Shown: positions 8,802-18,739, counted from the first letter of the stretch. The stretch is DNA of 64,000 nt from an uncultured archaeon (GCA_963752955.1 CAVWAD010000007.1:148947-212946); one strand, 5' to 3'. The notes: a model not told the origin generated them from the letters alone. A program made the numbers and translations.

Positions 8802-10045
8802 CCGATCATCTCAAGGAAATCGGGATCCTCGAGATATTTCATTATGGCGTTCGCGAACTTCACGGCCTCGGCGCCGTCCACTACCCTGTGGTCGAATGAG
8901 AGCGATATCGGCAGTATCTTCCCGACCTTCACCTGGCCGTCCTCGACGATCGGCCAGTCCTTTATCATGTGCACCCCGAGTATCGCCACCTCAGGAGGGT
9001 TTATCATCGGCACTGACAGGAACCCGCCGCCGAGGCTCCCCACGTTCGTTATCGTGAAGGAGCCGTCGCGCATCTCATCGAGAGATATCGTTTCATCAAG
9101 CACCTTCTTGTGCAGTGCCTGTATCTCCTTCGCAAGCTCGATTATGCTCTTCTTGTCGGCGTCCCTTATGACCACGACCTTGAGGCCGTCGGGCGCCTCC
9201 GCCGCCATGCCTATGTTGTAGTACTTCTTCAGGATTATCTCCTGCGTGTCGTGGTCGTAGCTCGCGTTGAACTTCGGGTTCTCCTTCAGCGCCTCGACCG
9301 TGGCCTTGATTATGAAAGGGAGGAAGGTCAGTTTGGCGCCGAGCTTCTCCACGTTGGGTTTTTCCTTTGCGACGATGTTGAAGAGGTTCGCCGCGTTCAG
9401 GATATCCATGTGGACTGCCCTCGGTATCGTCGCGGACAGCTCCATGTTCCTCGCTATGGCCTTCCTTGTGGTGGACATCTGGACGCGCTCTATCTCGCCG
9501 GTGTGCTTTTCCTCGAGAATCTCGGAGAACTTCTGCACCGGCTTCGGCTGCGACTTCTGCGAAGCGTTCCTCACGTCAGAATCGAGCACCCGCCCAGCGG
9601 GGCCTGTGCCAGGCACTTGCGTTATGTCGACTCCCATGTCCCTCGCTAGCTTGCGCACGGCAGGGGTCGCGATCAGTTCCTTCGGTTCCTCTTTCTGGGC
9701 GCTGGGCTGCTGCGCTGCGGACTGAGGCGCTTCGCTAACGGCGGCCTGCGGCTGGCTCGCCGCCTGCGAAGGAGCGGCGCTGCTCGCAGATCTTATCTCG
9801 TCGGGCGTGCCTATGTAGGCTATCGTGTCCCCCAGATGGACGTCAGTGTTCTCCTTGACGTTCTGCCTTATCGTCCCGCTTATCGGGGACGGTACGTTGA
9901 CCACGGCCTTGTCCGTTTCCACGCGCACGACGGGCTGGTCCTCCTTGACCTGGTCCCCGTCCTTCACGAGCCACTGCCTGACGTGGCCCTCGGTTATGCC
10001 CTCGCCGACGTCTATGAACTTTATCTCCTTCACGGAATCACGCAC
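8798..10045 (-). CDS. pdhC: Dihydrolipoamide acyltransferase (E2)
   Basis: Lipoyl motif VETDKA, E3-binding ATPAVRKLAR..GTGPAGRV, catalytic SFDHRVVDGA. Confidence 0.93.
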   Translation of the reverse strand: MRDSVKEIKFIDVGEGITEGHVRQWLVKDGDQVKEDQPVVRVETDKAVVNVPSPISGTIRQNVKENTDVHLGDTIAYIGTPDEIRSASSAAPSQAASQPQAAVSEAPQSAAQQPSAQKEEPKELIATPAVRKLARDMGVDITQVPGTGPAGRVLDSDVRNASQKSQPKPVQKFSEILEEKHTGEIERVQMSTTRKAIARNMELSATIPRAVHMDILNAANLFNIVAKEKPNVEKLGAKLTFLPFIIKATVEALKENPKFNASYDHDTQEIILKKYYNIGMAAEAPDGLKVVVIRDADKKSIIELAKEIQALHKKVLDETISLDEMRDGSFTITNVGSLGGGFLSVPMINPPEVAILGVHMIKDWPIVEDGQVKVGKILPISLSFDHRVVDGAEAVKFANAIMKYLEDPDFLEMIG

Positions 10046-11003
10046 CCAAGACCCTGTCTATCGCGCTCGCTATCTTCTTCGCGTTCGGTATATAATAATT
10101 CTCGTAGCCCGGGAAGGGGTACGGAAGGCTCGGCGACGCGACCCTTATGACAGGCGCGGAGAGCTCGTATATCGCCTTCTCGGCTATCCTGGCCGCGACC
10201 TCCGCGCCGACGCCGAAGCCGAGCGGCGCCTCGTGCACTATGACGACCCTGCCCGTCTTCTTCGCGCTCTGGATTATCGCGTCCTCGTCGAGCGGGTTTA
10301 TCGTCCTCAGGTCTATTATCTCGGCATCGACCTTCTTGCTGTCCACCACGTCCTTGACGATCGGTACCATCGTGCCGTAGGTTATTACCGTAAGCGCGGC
10401 GCCTTCCTTGACCACGTTGGCCTTGCCTATCGGGACCTCGTAGGCGTCCTCCGGCACCTCCTGCCTGAAGAGCCTGTAGAGCTTTGTCGGCTCAAGGAAT
10501 ATGACCGGGTCCTTCATCCTCCCGGCCTTTATCAGCATGCCCTTCGCGTCGTAGGGGTTCGACGGCTCCACCACTATCAGGCCCCCGACGTGCGAGTAGA
10601 GCGCCTCTGGGTTCTCGGAGTGGTGCTCGAGCGACCTCACGCCGCCGCTGACGGGCATCCTGACGACCATCGGGACCGGGAACATCGACCTAGTCCGCGA
10701 CCTGTACCTCGCCGCGTGGCTCACGATCTGGTTGAACGCGGGATAGGAGAAGCCCGCGAACTGCATCTCGGGGATGGGGTGCAGCCCCGAAATCGCCATT
10801 CCCAGCGACGCGCCTATTATCGCGGCTTCCGCGAGAGGCGTGTCCATGACTCTCTTCGCCCCGAACTTCTCCTGCAGGCCCTCGGTCACCCTGAATACCC
10901 CGCCGTCCTTGCCTATGTCCTCGCCGAGCAGCACGACGTCCTCGCTCTCGCGTAGCAGGATCTCTAGCGCGTTGTTGAGTGCGGAGACCATGTTCATCTG
11001 CAT
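10038..11003 (-). CDS. pdhB: Pyruvate/2-oxoacid dehydrogenase E1 beta
   Basis: GEDIGKDGGVFRVT, DTPLAE, EHHSE, IDLRTI.PLD. Confidence 0.93.
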   Translation of the reverse strand: MQMNMVSALNNALEILLRESEDVVLLGEDIGKDGGVFRVTEGLQEKFGAKRVMDTPLAEAAIIGASLGMAISGLHPIPEMQFAGFSYPAFNQIVSHAARYRSRTRSMFPVPMVVRMPVSGGVRSLEHHSENPEALYSHVGGLIVVEPSNPYDAKGMLIKAGRMKDPVIFLEPTKLYRLFRQEVPEDAYEVPIGKANVVKEGAALTVITYGTMVPIVKDVVDSKKVDAEIIDLRTINPLDEDAIIQSAKKTGRVVIVHEAPLGFGVGAEVAARIAEKAIYELSAPVIRVASPSLPYPFPGYENYYIPNAKKIASAIDRVLGA

Positions 11004-11011
11004 GCCATCGC

Positions 11012-12079
11012 CTACTGCCAGAAGTTCGAAGCCTCGGCGTCTTCGAGTTCCTCGTTCAGGACCCCGGGCATGAAGCTGTAGACGTCCTTGAACATGAGGC
11101 CGGGATCCGGCTTGAACTGCTCGGCCTTCTCCACCGCTTCGTCTATCCGCTTGAGCTGCTCTTCAGAGACCTGTCTCTCGATCTCATCGCTCCACAGGCC
11201 TTTCTTCGCAAGGTACGCCTTCACCCTGAGTATCGGATCCTTCTTGGCCCACTCCTCGACCTCGGCGTCGCTCCTGTATCTCGTCGGGTCGTCCGCGGTG
11301 GTGTGCATGCTCATCCTGTACGTGACGCACTCTATCAGGGTAGGGCCCTCCTTCGAACCGTCTATCGCCTCCTTGGTCGCCTTGTAAACTGCGACCACGT
11401 CGTTGCCGTCGACCTGAACGCACCTGATTCCCGCGGCGATGCCTTTCTGCGCAAGGGTCTTCGCGGCGGACTGCGCGCTCCTCGGGACCGATATCGCCCA
11501 CTGGTTGTTCTCTATTATCGCGACGAGCGGGACCTTCCACACCCCCGCGAAGTTCAGGGCCTCGTAGAATTCGCCCTCCGATGTGCCTCCGTCTCCCACG
11601 TACGCGACCACCGCGGCGTCCTTGCCTTTGTACTTGAATGCGAAGGCGATTCCGACCGCGTGCGGCATCTGGCTTCCCACGGGAACAGCGACCGGAGTAG
11701 AGTTGAAACCCTGCGGGACCTTGCTCCCGTCCTCGAACCCCCTCCAGTATATGAAGAAGTTCTCGAGCGGGAACCCCCTGACTAGAAAGACGCCGTGCTG
11801 CCTGAAGTTCGGCACGAAGAAGTCCTGCCCTCGCATCGCGAAAGCGGTGCCTATCTGCGTCGCCTCCTCGCCCACCAGCGGGGCGTACGTCACCGCCCTT
11901 CCCTGCCTCTGCAGGCTCAGCGACTTCGCGTCAAGGGCCCTTGCGAAGAGCATGTACTTGCACATCTCCACTATCCTCGCGTCATCGAGATCCTTGGGAA
12001 ACAGCGAGGCGTCGGCGTTCCCGTTCTCGTCGAGGACCTGCAGGTAGTCTACGGAACCCTCGAAGGCCTTCCTTTGCAA
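11012..12079 (-). CDS. pdhA: Pyruvate/2-oxoacid dehydrogenase E1 alpha
   Basis: LQRQGR, TPP motif GDGGTSEG...NNQWAIS, HTTADDP; likely TTG start at 12079 behind a GGTG SD-like site. Confidence 0.92.
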   Translation of the reverse strand: MQRKAFEGSVDYLQVLDENGNADASLFPKDLDDARIVEMCKYMLFARALDAKSLSLQRQGRAVTYAPLVGEEATQIGTAFAMRGQDFFVPNFRQHGVFLVRGFPLENFFIYWRGFEDGSKVPQGFNSTPVAVPVGSQMPHAVGIAFAFKYKGKDAAVVAYVGDGGTSEGEFYEALNFAGVWKVPLVAIIENNQWAISVPRSAQSAAKTLAQKGIAAGIRCVQVDGNDVVAVYKATKEAIDGSKEGPTLIECVTYRMSMHTTADDPTRYRSDAEVEEWAKKDPILRVKAYLAKKGLWSDEIERQVSEEQLKRIDEAVEKAEQFKPDPGLMFKDVYSFMPGVLNEELEDAEASNFWQ

Positions 12080-12155
12080 GCGAACACCGATTAGCAATTG
12101 CAACAAAGGGATATATTGATTACTGTGTGCCGAGCGCGAATGGGTGCAGGAAGAG

Positions 12156-12950
12156 TCATCCGCCGCCGCTCTCGTACGAGCGCATGAGCCTGTTGAACAG
12201 CCAGTAGAAGACGAGTATGGCTGCCACGGAGAGCGCCACAAGGGCGAGGTAGACGGGGGCTGTCAGGTCTCCGAGCAAGAATTCGACGGGATAGTACACC
12301 GCTATCCCTATCGGAATGAAGACCGTGCAGAGCAACTGGACGGTGCCGCCGTATGCCGAGAGGGGGTAGTTGGATAGCGTCTGCATCGTGGTCATCGCCT
12401 GGTTGATGAAGAAGCCGCTCTTCATCAGCTTGTACGACAGGACCGCAAGTGCCTGAGTGAACATCGTCAGGGCGGCGAGGCCCAGCAGGTAGAGCGGGAC
12501 GAACTCCGCCACCAGCAGGGGGGACAGTTGCAGGCGCAGGGAGGCATAGGTTAGGAACGCCAGGCTGCCGAAGACGCCTGAGAATAGGGACGATACCGAG
12601 CGAGAGTTGGCGAATGTGATGGCTAGCACGCTGAACGGCCTGGTCATGTAGCTGTCGAGCTGCCCCGTCCTCAGAACGTACGGGACCTGCCATGGGTTCG
12701 CGACGAAGGCAATCGCCCACACAGTAAGCGCGGTCAGGTAGGTCAGGAAGAGGAGCTGGTAGTAGCTCCATCCCGCTATGCCGCTCGAGACGGAATAGAT
12801 GACGGTCACGCTCACGAAGGCGAGCAGTAGCGCGAGCAGCGCCTGAAGCATCCACATCCAAGCCTGCGCCCTGTACACGAAGAAGCTCTTGGCGGTATAG
12901 TAGGCCGAGGCCAGGTAGTAGGACAGTTCCCTCGAGATTTGCGACGCCAT
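12156..12950 (-). CDS. ABC-2 type transporter permease
   Basis: About 6 TM segments; G.LD.Y.TRP and YP..AY motifs; in operon with an ABC ATPase. Confidence 0.85.
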   Translation of the reverse strand: MASQISRELSYYLASAYYTAKSFFVYRAQAWMWMLQALLALLLAFVSVTVIYSVSSGIAGWSYYQLLFLTYLTALTVWAIAFVANPWQVPYVLRTGQLDSYMTRPFSVLAITFANSRSVSSLFSGVFGSLAFLTYASLRLQLSPLLVAEFVPLYLLGLAALTMFTQALAVLSYKLMKSGFFINQAMTTMQTLSNYPLSAYGGTVQLLCTVFIPIGIAVYYPVEFLLGDLTAPVYLALVALSVAAILVFYWLFNRLMRSYESGGG

Positions 12951-12951
12951 G

Positions 12952-13752
12952 TCATCCACCCACTGATCCCATGCCCTTGGAGACTCTTTTCCACCAGACG
13001 TAGGCGAGCGCCGTGAGCGCGACCGCCCATGCGAACGAATACGCAATTCCGGTGACCGCCTGCTGCACGCTAACGCCCCCGAGGAGAGTTGCCACCGGGA
13101 GGTAGCACATTACCGGGAAAGGCGTCAGCGCGAGCAGACCTTGCACGTACGAAGGAAAGAAGTTCAGCGGCATCATCGCGCCGGAGACGAGCCACGTCAG
13201 GTTGTAGAACACCGAAGAGAGCCCGTACACGTTCGTGATGCGTATCGTCATCGTGCCGATGAAGAACCCGAAGAGGTTGACGATTGCGAGGCCTATGAGC
13301 GCCTCTGCGACGAAAAGGAGCAGCGCAACAGGGGTCAGCGTCAGGTGGAACGCGAAGATTGTAATCAGCAGGAGCGGGACAACAAGAACCGCGATGTCGA
13401 CCGCGCCTACGGCTAGCGAGCGGAAGAGGACGTTGAGCGGGTAGCTCATGGGCTTGACGCGCGCCGAGGCCACCGCCCCAGCCTGCACGTCGTTCTGCAT
13501 CGTGTCGGTCACATCTTCGCCGATCATTACCGTAACCGGCATCACTAGGAAGAAGTATGCGGCCGTCTCGGTGAGGGTCAGGCCGCCTATCGTGGGTGCG
13601 CCCGTGTTAAGGAATATCACTGCCCACACCGTAAGCAGTATCAGCGGCCTCACTATCCTGAAGAGGAGGGACGCAACGTAGTCGGCCTTGTACGCCATCT
13701 GGTTCTTGACACCCAGCTTGAATATGGCGAACTGTCCCGCAATGTTTGCCAT
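12952..13752 (-). CDS. ABC-2 type transporter permease
   Basis: About 6 TM segments; VSGAMMPLNFFP..LTPF motif. Confidence 0.85.
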   Translation of the reverse strand: MANIAGQFAIFKLGVKNQMAYKADYVASLLFRIVRPLILLTVWAVIFLNTGAPTIGGLTLTETAAYFFLVMPVTVMIGEDVTDTMQNDVQAGAVASARVKPMSYPLNVLFRSLAVGAVDIAVLVVPLLLITIFAFHLTLTPVALLLFVAEALIGLAIVNLFGFFIGTMTIRITNVYGLSSVFYNLTWLVSGAMMPLNFFPSYVQGLLALTPFPVMCYLPVATLLGGVSVQQAVTGIAYSFAWAVALTALAYVWWKRVSKGMGSVGG

Positions 13753-13753
13753 G

Positions 13754-14752
13754 CTATGCGCCCGTTCTTGGAACCTCCGCACGCCGCACCTTGTACAGCC
13801 TCAGCAGTATCTCGCTCAGGTCACGCTCGCCCACCTTGTAATCGGCCACGTCTCCCTTCGAAAGGAGCCGCGTGAACGCCCGGTTCGTAAGCACGCGCGG
13901 GTCGACCTCCATTCTCAGGTAGCTGCCCTCGACCTTCATGACCCTGCCCAGCCTTGCGTAGGCCTTGAAGTCGGGCGGATCGTTGAACTCGATCTCCACG
14001 ATCTTCCTGTCCCCGAAGAGCGTCTCGAGCCTGCGCTTCGACCCGTCGAAGATCACCTTGCCTTTGTCCAGCGCGATGATGCGCTCGGCCATCGTTATGT
14101 CCTCGACTATGTGCGTGGTCAGCAGGAAGGTTGTGTTGCTCTCCTTCCTGGTCTCCAGTATCGCGGTCCTGAGGGCCTGCTTAGATGGAAGGTCGACTCC
14201 TATCGTGGGCTCGTCGAGTATGACCAGTTCCGGCGCGTGCAGCATGGACGCCACGAAGTTGCACTTCATCTGCTCGCCAAGCGAGAGTGTGCGCACTTGG
14301 CGCTTGTAGACGTCGCGAAGCTCAAGGAGATCCAGCAGATAGTCGAGCCGACCCTTGAAATCCTTGGTTGGTATGTGGTAGACGCTCCTCATTAGGTTGA
14401 AAGTGTCTATGGCAGGTAAGTCCCAGTACAGCTGCCCGTGGGCCCCGAGCACGATTCCCATCCTCTTGACCATGTCTATGCGCTGCTCCCACGGGCGGAA
14501 GCCTAGGATCTGCGCTCTTCCAGAGGTCGGGTACAGTATGCCGCACATTATCTTTATCAGGGTGCTCTTCCCGCTGCCGTTCTTCCCGAGCAGCGCGACT
14601 ATCTCGCCCTTGTTGATGCTGAAGCTGACGCCCCTGAGCGCGTGCTTGATGTAGGACCTCCTCCTGAAAGAGAATATTCCGGAACCCTTCGTCTCGTAGG
14701 CCTTGAAGTCCTTCCTGACCCCTCTCACGTCTATTACGCGTTCCATCTGCAT
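13754..14752 (-). CDS. ABC transporter ATP-binding protein
   Basis: Walker A GKNGSGKS, signature LSLGE, Walker B ILDEPT, H-loop TTH. Confidence 0.93.
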   Translation of the reverse strand: MQMERVIDVRGVRKDFKAYETKGSGIFSFRRRSYIKHALRGVSFSINKGEIVALLGKNGSGKSTLIKIMCGILYPTSGRAQILGFRPWEQRIDMVKRMGIVLGAHGQLYWDLPAIDTFNLMRSVYHIPTKDFKGRLDYLLDLLELRDVYKRQVRTLSLGEQMKCNFVASMLHAPELVILDEPTIGVDLPSKQALRTAILETRKESNTTFLLTTHIVEDITMAERIIALDKGKVIFDGSKRRLETLFGDRKIVEIEFNDPPDFKAYARLGRVMKVEGSYLRMEVDPRVLTNRAFTRLLSKGDVADYKVGERDLSEILLRLYKVRRAEVPRTGA

Positions 14753-14856
14753 CCCGAACTAAAAACTTGGTATAAGATCGTAAATAATGAGACGGAAAAG
14801 GATAATTCCTTTGCGTACGCGAGGGTGTGATAGGTTGTCGGCTCTCTTTTGGCGCG

Positions 14857-16512
14857 CTACTTCCTCGCATCCTCGAGCCCGTAGCGCTTGACCTTCTCTA
14901 TGTCCACCTTGTACTTCTTCGCTATGCCCTCCACGATCTTCATCATGCCCCAGCCGCCGAGCGGGATGAGGGTGGACATCCCCGCCCTCTTGAGGAAGCC
15001 GCCCCTGCTCTCCCCCGCCGCGTCCCTGGAGGCGATCTTCGCGAGGTGCCTGTAGCTCGCGTAGTAGACGGCTATCTGCGACTCGTCGAGCATGCTCGCC
15101 TTCATCTCCCTGTTCTTTATGAGCCCGAGCGGGACGTTCTGCATCGGGGTCACGGTGAACTCGAACGGCCTGCCGTCCACCTTGGAGTCGCTGAGCCTGT
15201 TTATGAGCGCGACCGTGTCCCAGTTGTCCTCCGGGGTCTCCTCCGCCTGGCCCACCTGCACCGTCAGGGCTGGCCTCCAGAAGTTCCTGTTCAGGTTGTA
15301 GATCCCCTTATGGACTATCTCGGCGAACGTGCCGTCGGGGCCTATCCTGAGCGGAAGGGTCTTGTTCGGCGTGTGCTTCAGGGCCAGCCTGTCGCTTCCG
15401 GTCTCGACGCCGACCTGCAGGCCGATCCAGTTCTCCGGCCCGGCCCTCAGTATGCCGGACAGCCGCTCTATTAGCCGCGGGTACTCCGCCGGGATCGATA
15501 TCCTCCCGTGCGTCGGGTTCACGCCGCTGACGCCCGGGACCGATACCAGGGCGGAGAACAGCTCGGCCAGCGCCTCCTCGTTTGGCTCGTATCTGGCGTT
15601 GGGGTGCTTGTAGGCGAAGATCTCGTCGCTGTGAAGCCAGACGTGCCCGTAGCCCGAATTGGCGTTCACCCGCGCCTCCTGGACTATCTGCTTCACCGGG
15701 AAGTACCTGAGCGGCCGCAGCGTGACCTCGCAGAAGTCGCATCCGACCCCGCACCCGCGCATCGCCTCGACTATCCCGAGCATCGAGGGCCGCACTATCG
15801 GCGGTATGTCCTCCACGGCGGGCGCGCCCTTCTGGCTGCCGGGCCTCCGGGTTATGAACCTGTCGTTGGGCACGTAGCTCCTGTGGAACTTCCCGTCGAA
15901 GGTCATGAACCCCTTGAAGAACCTGTTTCCGTCCGGACCCCCACTCGATATCTGCTCGAAGAGGTCGCAGAGTATGTCCTCGGTCTCTCCCTGTATCGCG
16001 TAGTCTATGCCCTCCTTCTCCAGGGAAGCGGGGTCTGTCATGAACTCCCAGACGCCCGGACCCCCCACCACCAGCTTCGCCCTCCTGCCCGCCCTGGCTC
16101 GGTTTATCCTGCTTATCAGCCTCTCCCACTCGACGCACGCCCAGGGCTTCTTGGCGCCGCCGAAGAGCAGGTGGAAGGAGAGCGCGAGGGGGCTGTAGCC
16201 CAGGGGGTCCATCGTCGAGACCGCTATGACCTCGGTGTCATCGTCTATGAACCTCTCCAGGTACTTCTCGTGCGGCACCGCCACGTCCTCCCTCCTGTTC
16301 CTCGTGAGCAGCGTCGCCTCTATCTTCCTCACGGAGTAAGAGGTGTACGCGGCCTCCCCGTTGGGCAGCGAGGCCTCGGCCCTGCCCCTGAGGAAATCGT
16401 AGACCGGCTTCGGCACCAGATCCGAGGGCGCAGCAGGAAGGAACTGGAGCAGGGGGAAGTTCCCGTAGGCTCTCGTCAGCGTCGTGTCCGATATCAGCAC
16501 GTATTTTGCCAC
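14857..16512 (-). CDS. B12-binding radical SAM protein, GDGT ring synthase (Grs)-like
   Basis: EAMRGCGVGCDFC (CxxxCxxC), N-terminal RKIEA.LL and STMDPLG, VVGGPG, WLHSDE; pattern recalled from archaeal Grs-family proteins. Confidence 0.75.
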   Translation of the reverse strand: MAKYVLISDTTLTRAYGNFPLLQFLPAAPSDLVPKPVYDFLRGRAEASLPNGEAAYTSYSVRKIEATLLTRNRREDVAVPHEKYLERFIDDDTEVIAVSTMDPLGYSPLALSFHLLFGGAKKPWACVEWERLISRINRARAGRRAKLVVGGPGVWEFMTDPASLEKEGIDYAIQGETEDILCDLFEQISSGGPDGNRFFKGFMTFDGKFHRSYVPNDRFITRRPGSQKGAPAVEDIPPIVRPSMLGIVEAMRGCGVGCDFCEVTLRPLRYFPVKQIVQEARVNANSGYGHVWLHSDEIFAYKHPNARYEPNEEALAELFSALVSVPGVSGVNPTHGRISIPAEYPRLIERLSGILRAGPENWIGLQVGVETGSDRLALKHTPNKTLPLRIGPDGTFAEIVHKGIYNLNRNFWRPALTVQVGQAEETPEDNWDTVALINRLSDSKVDGRPFEFTVTPMQNVPLGLIKNREMKASMLDESQIAVYYASYRHLAKIASRDAAGESRGGFLKRAGMSTLIPLGGWGMMKIVEGIAKKYKVDIEKVKRYGLEDARK

Positions 16513-16682
16513 TTATACACCCTGGGCTTGCTCGGTGCAGAATAGTACACCTGATTCAAGGCTTAAAAACATTGGTATAACTGCGTTATAGAGGCGGTTC
16601 CCGAGGCGGAACTGCGACTTGCGGTGGGATTTTACGGTGGAATGGTAACGGGGAATGCGTAGAAAAGTATTTAACGTTTGAT

Positions 16683-17549
16683 TTGGGATGTTATGCTAAG
16701 GGTGACGATATAGCAAAAGGAACGGCGGAGAGCGGCGGCAAGAGAGACAGGGTTCCTACCGGCATCGAGGGCTTCGATCAGCTTATCGAGGGAGGCATTC
16801 CGAAGGGCTCGAATGTGCTCCTGACCGGCATGCCGGGAACGGGAAAGACCATCTTCGGCCTGAATTATCTCTACAAGGGAGCACAGGTCGGGGAGAACGG
16901 GCTGTACATATCAATAGACTCATCCTCGGAGCAGCTAAAGCTGCAGGGGGTGCGCTTCGGCTGGAATCTCGAGAGCATGGAGAAGTCGGGCAAGATCTTC
17001 TTCCTGAAGGTGCCGCTGAACAAGATCAAGTTCGACCTGTTCGACGTCATAGGGAAAATAAAGAAGGAGATAAACGCGGAGCGCGTGGTGCTGGACAACC
17101 TGGCGACGTTCGCGATAAACGCCGGGTTCTTCGCGATAAGGCTCGGCGAGGGAGAGATGATAGAGCCCTCGCCCACGCCCTTTGAATCGGGCAAAGTCGG
17201 AGGCGACGTGGCTGGTGCCCAGACCGCGGAAAAGAACGGCGTGGTCTACACGAGCAAGTCGGACAGGCGCATGGCCTACCTGATAGTCGAAAAACTGACG
17301 GAGCTCGGCACGACGAACCTCATAATAACATACGGAAACAGGAATTCCACGCACATCACCGTTGACGGTGTCAGCGAGTTCACCTGCGACGGCATAGTGG
17401 AACTCTACAACGAACTCATGGGAAACCGGCATATGCGAACAATCTCCATACTGAAGATGAGAGCCACGGACCACAGCCAGTACCTGCACGACTTCGAATT
17501 CGGGAGGAACGGGATCGTCGTCAAGCCCGCGGTGCCGGTCTACAAATGA
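16683..17549 (+). CDS. KaiC-like (RecA superfamily) single-domain ATPase
   Basis: RVPTGIEGFD.LIEGG.P, Walker A GMPGTGKT, VVLDNL, DGIVEL, ILKMR.T.H; true start uncertain. Confidence 0.88.
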   Translation: MGCYAKGDDIAKGTAESGGKRDRVPTGIEGFDQLIEGGIPKGSNVLLTGMPGTGKTIFGLNYLYKGAQVGENGLYISIDSSSEQLKLQGVRFGWNLESMEKSGKIFFLKVPLNKIKFDLFDVIGKIKKEINAERVVLDNLATFAINAGFFAIRLGEGEMIEPSPTPFESGKVGGDVAGAQTAEKNGVVYTSKSDRRMAYLIVEKLTELGTTNLIITYGNRNSTHITVDGVSEFTCDGIVELYNELMGNRHMRTISILKMRATDHSQYLHDFEFGRNGIVVKPAVPVYK

Positions 17550-17559
17550 TCTGATCGAC

Positions 17560-18132
17560 ATGAGCATATTCGAGGAGCTTATGCTTGCCAGGCAGGTCAG
17601 CTTTCAGGACGGCAGGGTGGAACTCACCGGGCAGCGCGTCGTGATCTCGCCTTCCGACTTCTTTGGCTTATACATCGAGAGCATCTGCAAGGACCCCAAA
17701 CTGGTGGGTGCGTTCTACGGGGCCGCTAAGCGGGCGATGCGGGAGGGATTCGGAAGGGACGTGGGAAAGACCTACGGCTTCAGCTTCGAGGACTACCTGA
17801 ACTGGTTCGTGAAGCTCGCCAAGATGAGCGGATGGGGCAAGATCGAATGGCTGGAGAGCGATAAGGAGAAGAACACGGGAGTCATCGGCACGGAGGGCTC
17901 TCCTGTGGCGGCCTACCTCAAGGGGAAGGTTGACGCCCCGTGCGACCACGTCATACGGGGCCTCATGGCGGGAGGCGCCTCGAGCGCGTACAGGCTGGAC
18001 TTGGACATAGTGGAGACCGAGTGCGAGGCTCTCGGCGACGCGAAGTGCATTTTTGTAATCGACACCTCGGAAAATCTGATGAAAAAATACCCCGGTCTTG
18101 CTAAACTGCAGTTAGGTAAATCAAATGTTTAG
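17560..18132 (+). CDS. V4R (4-vinyl reductase-like) ligand-binding domain protein
   Basis: SGWG, PCDHVIRG.MAG, ETECEALGDAKCIF (three conserved Cys). Confidence 0.85.
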   Translation: MSIFEELMLARQVSFQDGRVELTGQRVVISPSDFFGLYIESICKDPKLVGAFYGAAKRAMREGFGRDVGKTYGFSFEDYLNWFVKLAKMSGWGKIEWLESDKEKNTGVIGTEGSPVAAYLKGKVDAPCDHVIRGLMAGGASSAYRLDLDIVETECEALGDAKCIFVIDTSENLMKKYPGLAKLQLGKSNV

Positions 18133-18676
18133 GCCTGAGAAGATAGCGACGTTCCACTGCGAGCTGTTCAGGCTGCACGACGAGAGGAAATGGCAGGAGT
18201 TCGGGAACAGCGTAGTGAACTACGCCGTGGAGCTTGGCTACGACAGGGGCGCCGCCAGGGATGCATCTGCTCACGTGATCAGTGCGTACCAGAATTCCGA
18301 CCTCGCCGTCGAGGCCCAGAGCGAGAGGAACCTTGCGCTTGAACGGCTGTACTATGACCGAGTTCGCGAGGAATTCATCGAGGCGCACAGGCTCCTCGGT
18401 ACAGAAACGAAATCCCCCGTCTATAAGGTGGGCTGGTACATAGGCGCAAGGCACGGGAACCGCCTCCAGGTGTTCGGGAACCTGTTCATGGAGCACCTGT
18501 CGAAGTTCGGACCTGGAAGATTCGGCCTGGCAATCAAGACGACTTACCTGACTTTCGCCAAGGCGTATCCCGCACACAATTCCCATGATTGGAAAAAACT
18601 CACGGAAGCGCTGACTGAGTACTGGACCGTGATAGCTGAATCGCACAAAACGGACAGGCTGCCCATCGAACTTTGA
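18125..18676 (+). CDS. Hypothetical all-helical protein
   Basis: 183 aa ORF overlapping the V4R gene stop; no recognised motif. Confidence 0.7.
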   Translation: MFRPEKIATFHCELFRLHDERKWQEFGNSVVNYAVELGYDRGAARDASAHVISAYQNSDLAVEAQSERNLALERLYYDRVREEFIEAHRLLGTETKSPVYKVGWYIGARHGNRLQVFGNLFMEHLSKFGPGRFGLAIKTTYLTFAKAYPAHNSHDWKKLTEALTEYWTVIAESHKTDRLPIEL

Positions 18677-18739
18677 CAAAAGACGACTCGCTGGCGAAAT
18701 TTCTACATACAGTTAAATAGGCCCCCGGGAAGAGGATTA

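Noticed and set aside
14828-14838. GATAGGTTGTC shared with 24322-24332 as a possible cassette or att site
   Set aside because: An 11-mer match is expected many times by chance in 64 kb; not found at the other AT-rich genes
16683-17549. Circadian clock
   Set aside because: Single-domain KaiC-like ATPase without KaiA/KaiB; such proteins are general archaeal signalling ATPases
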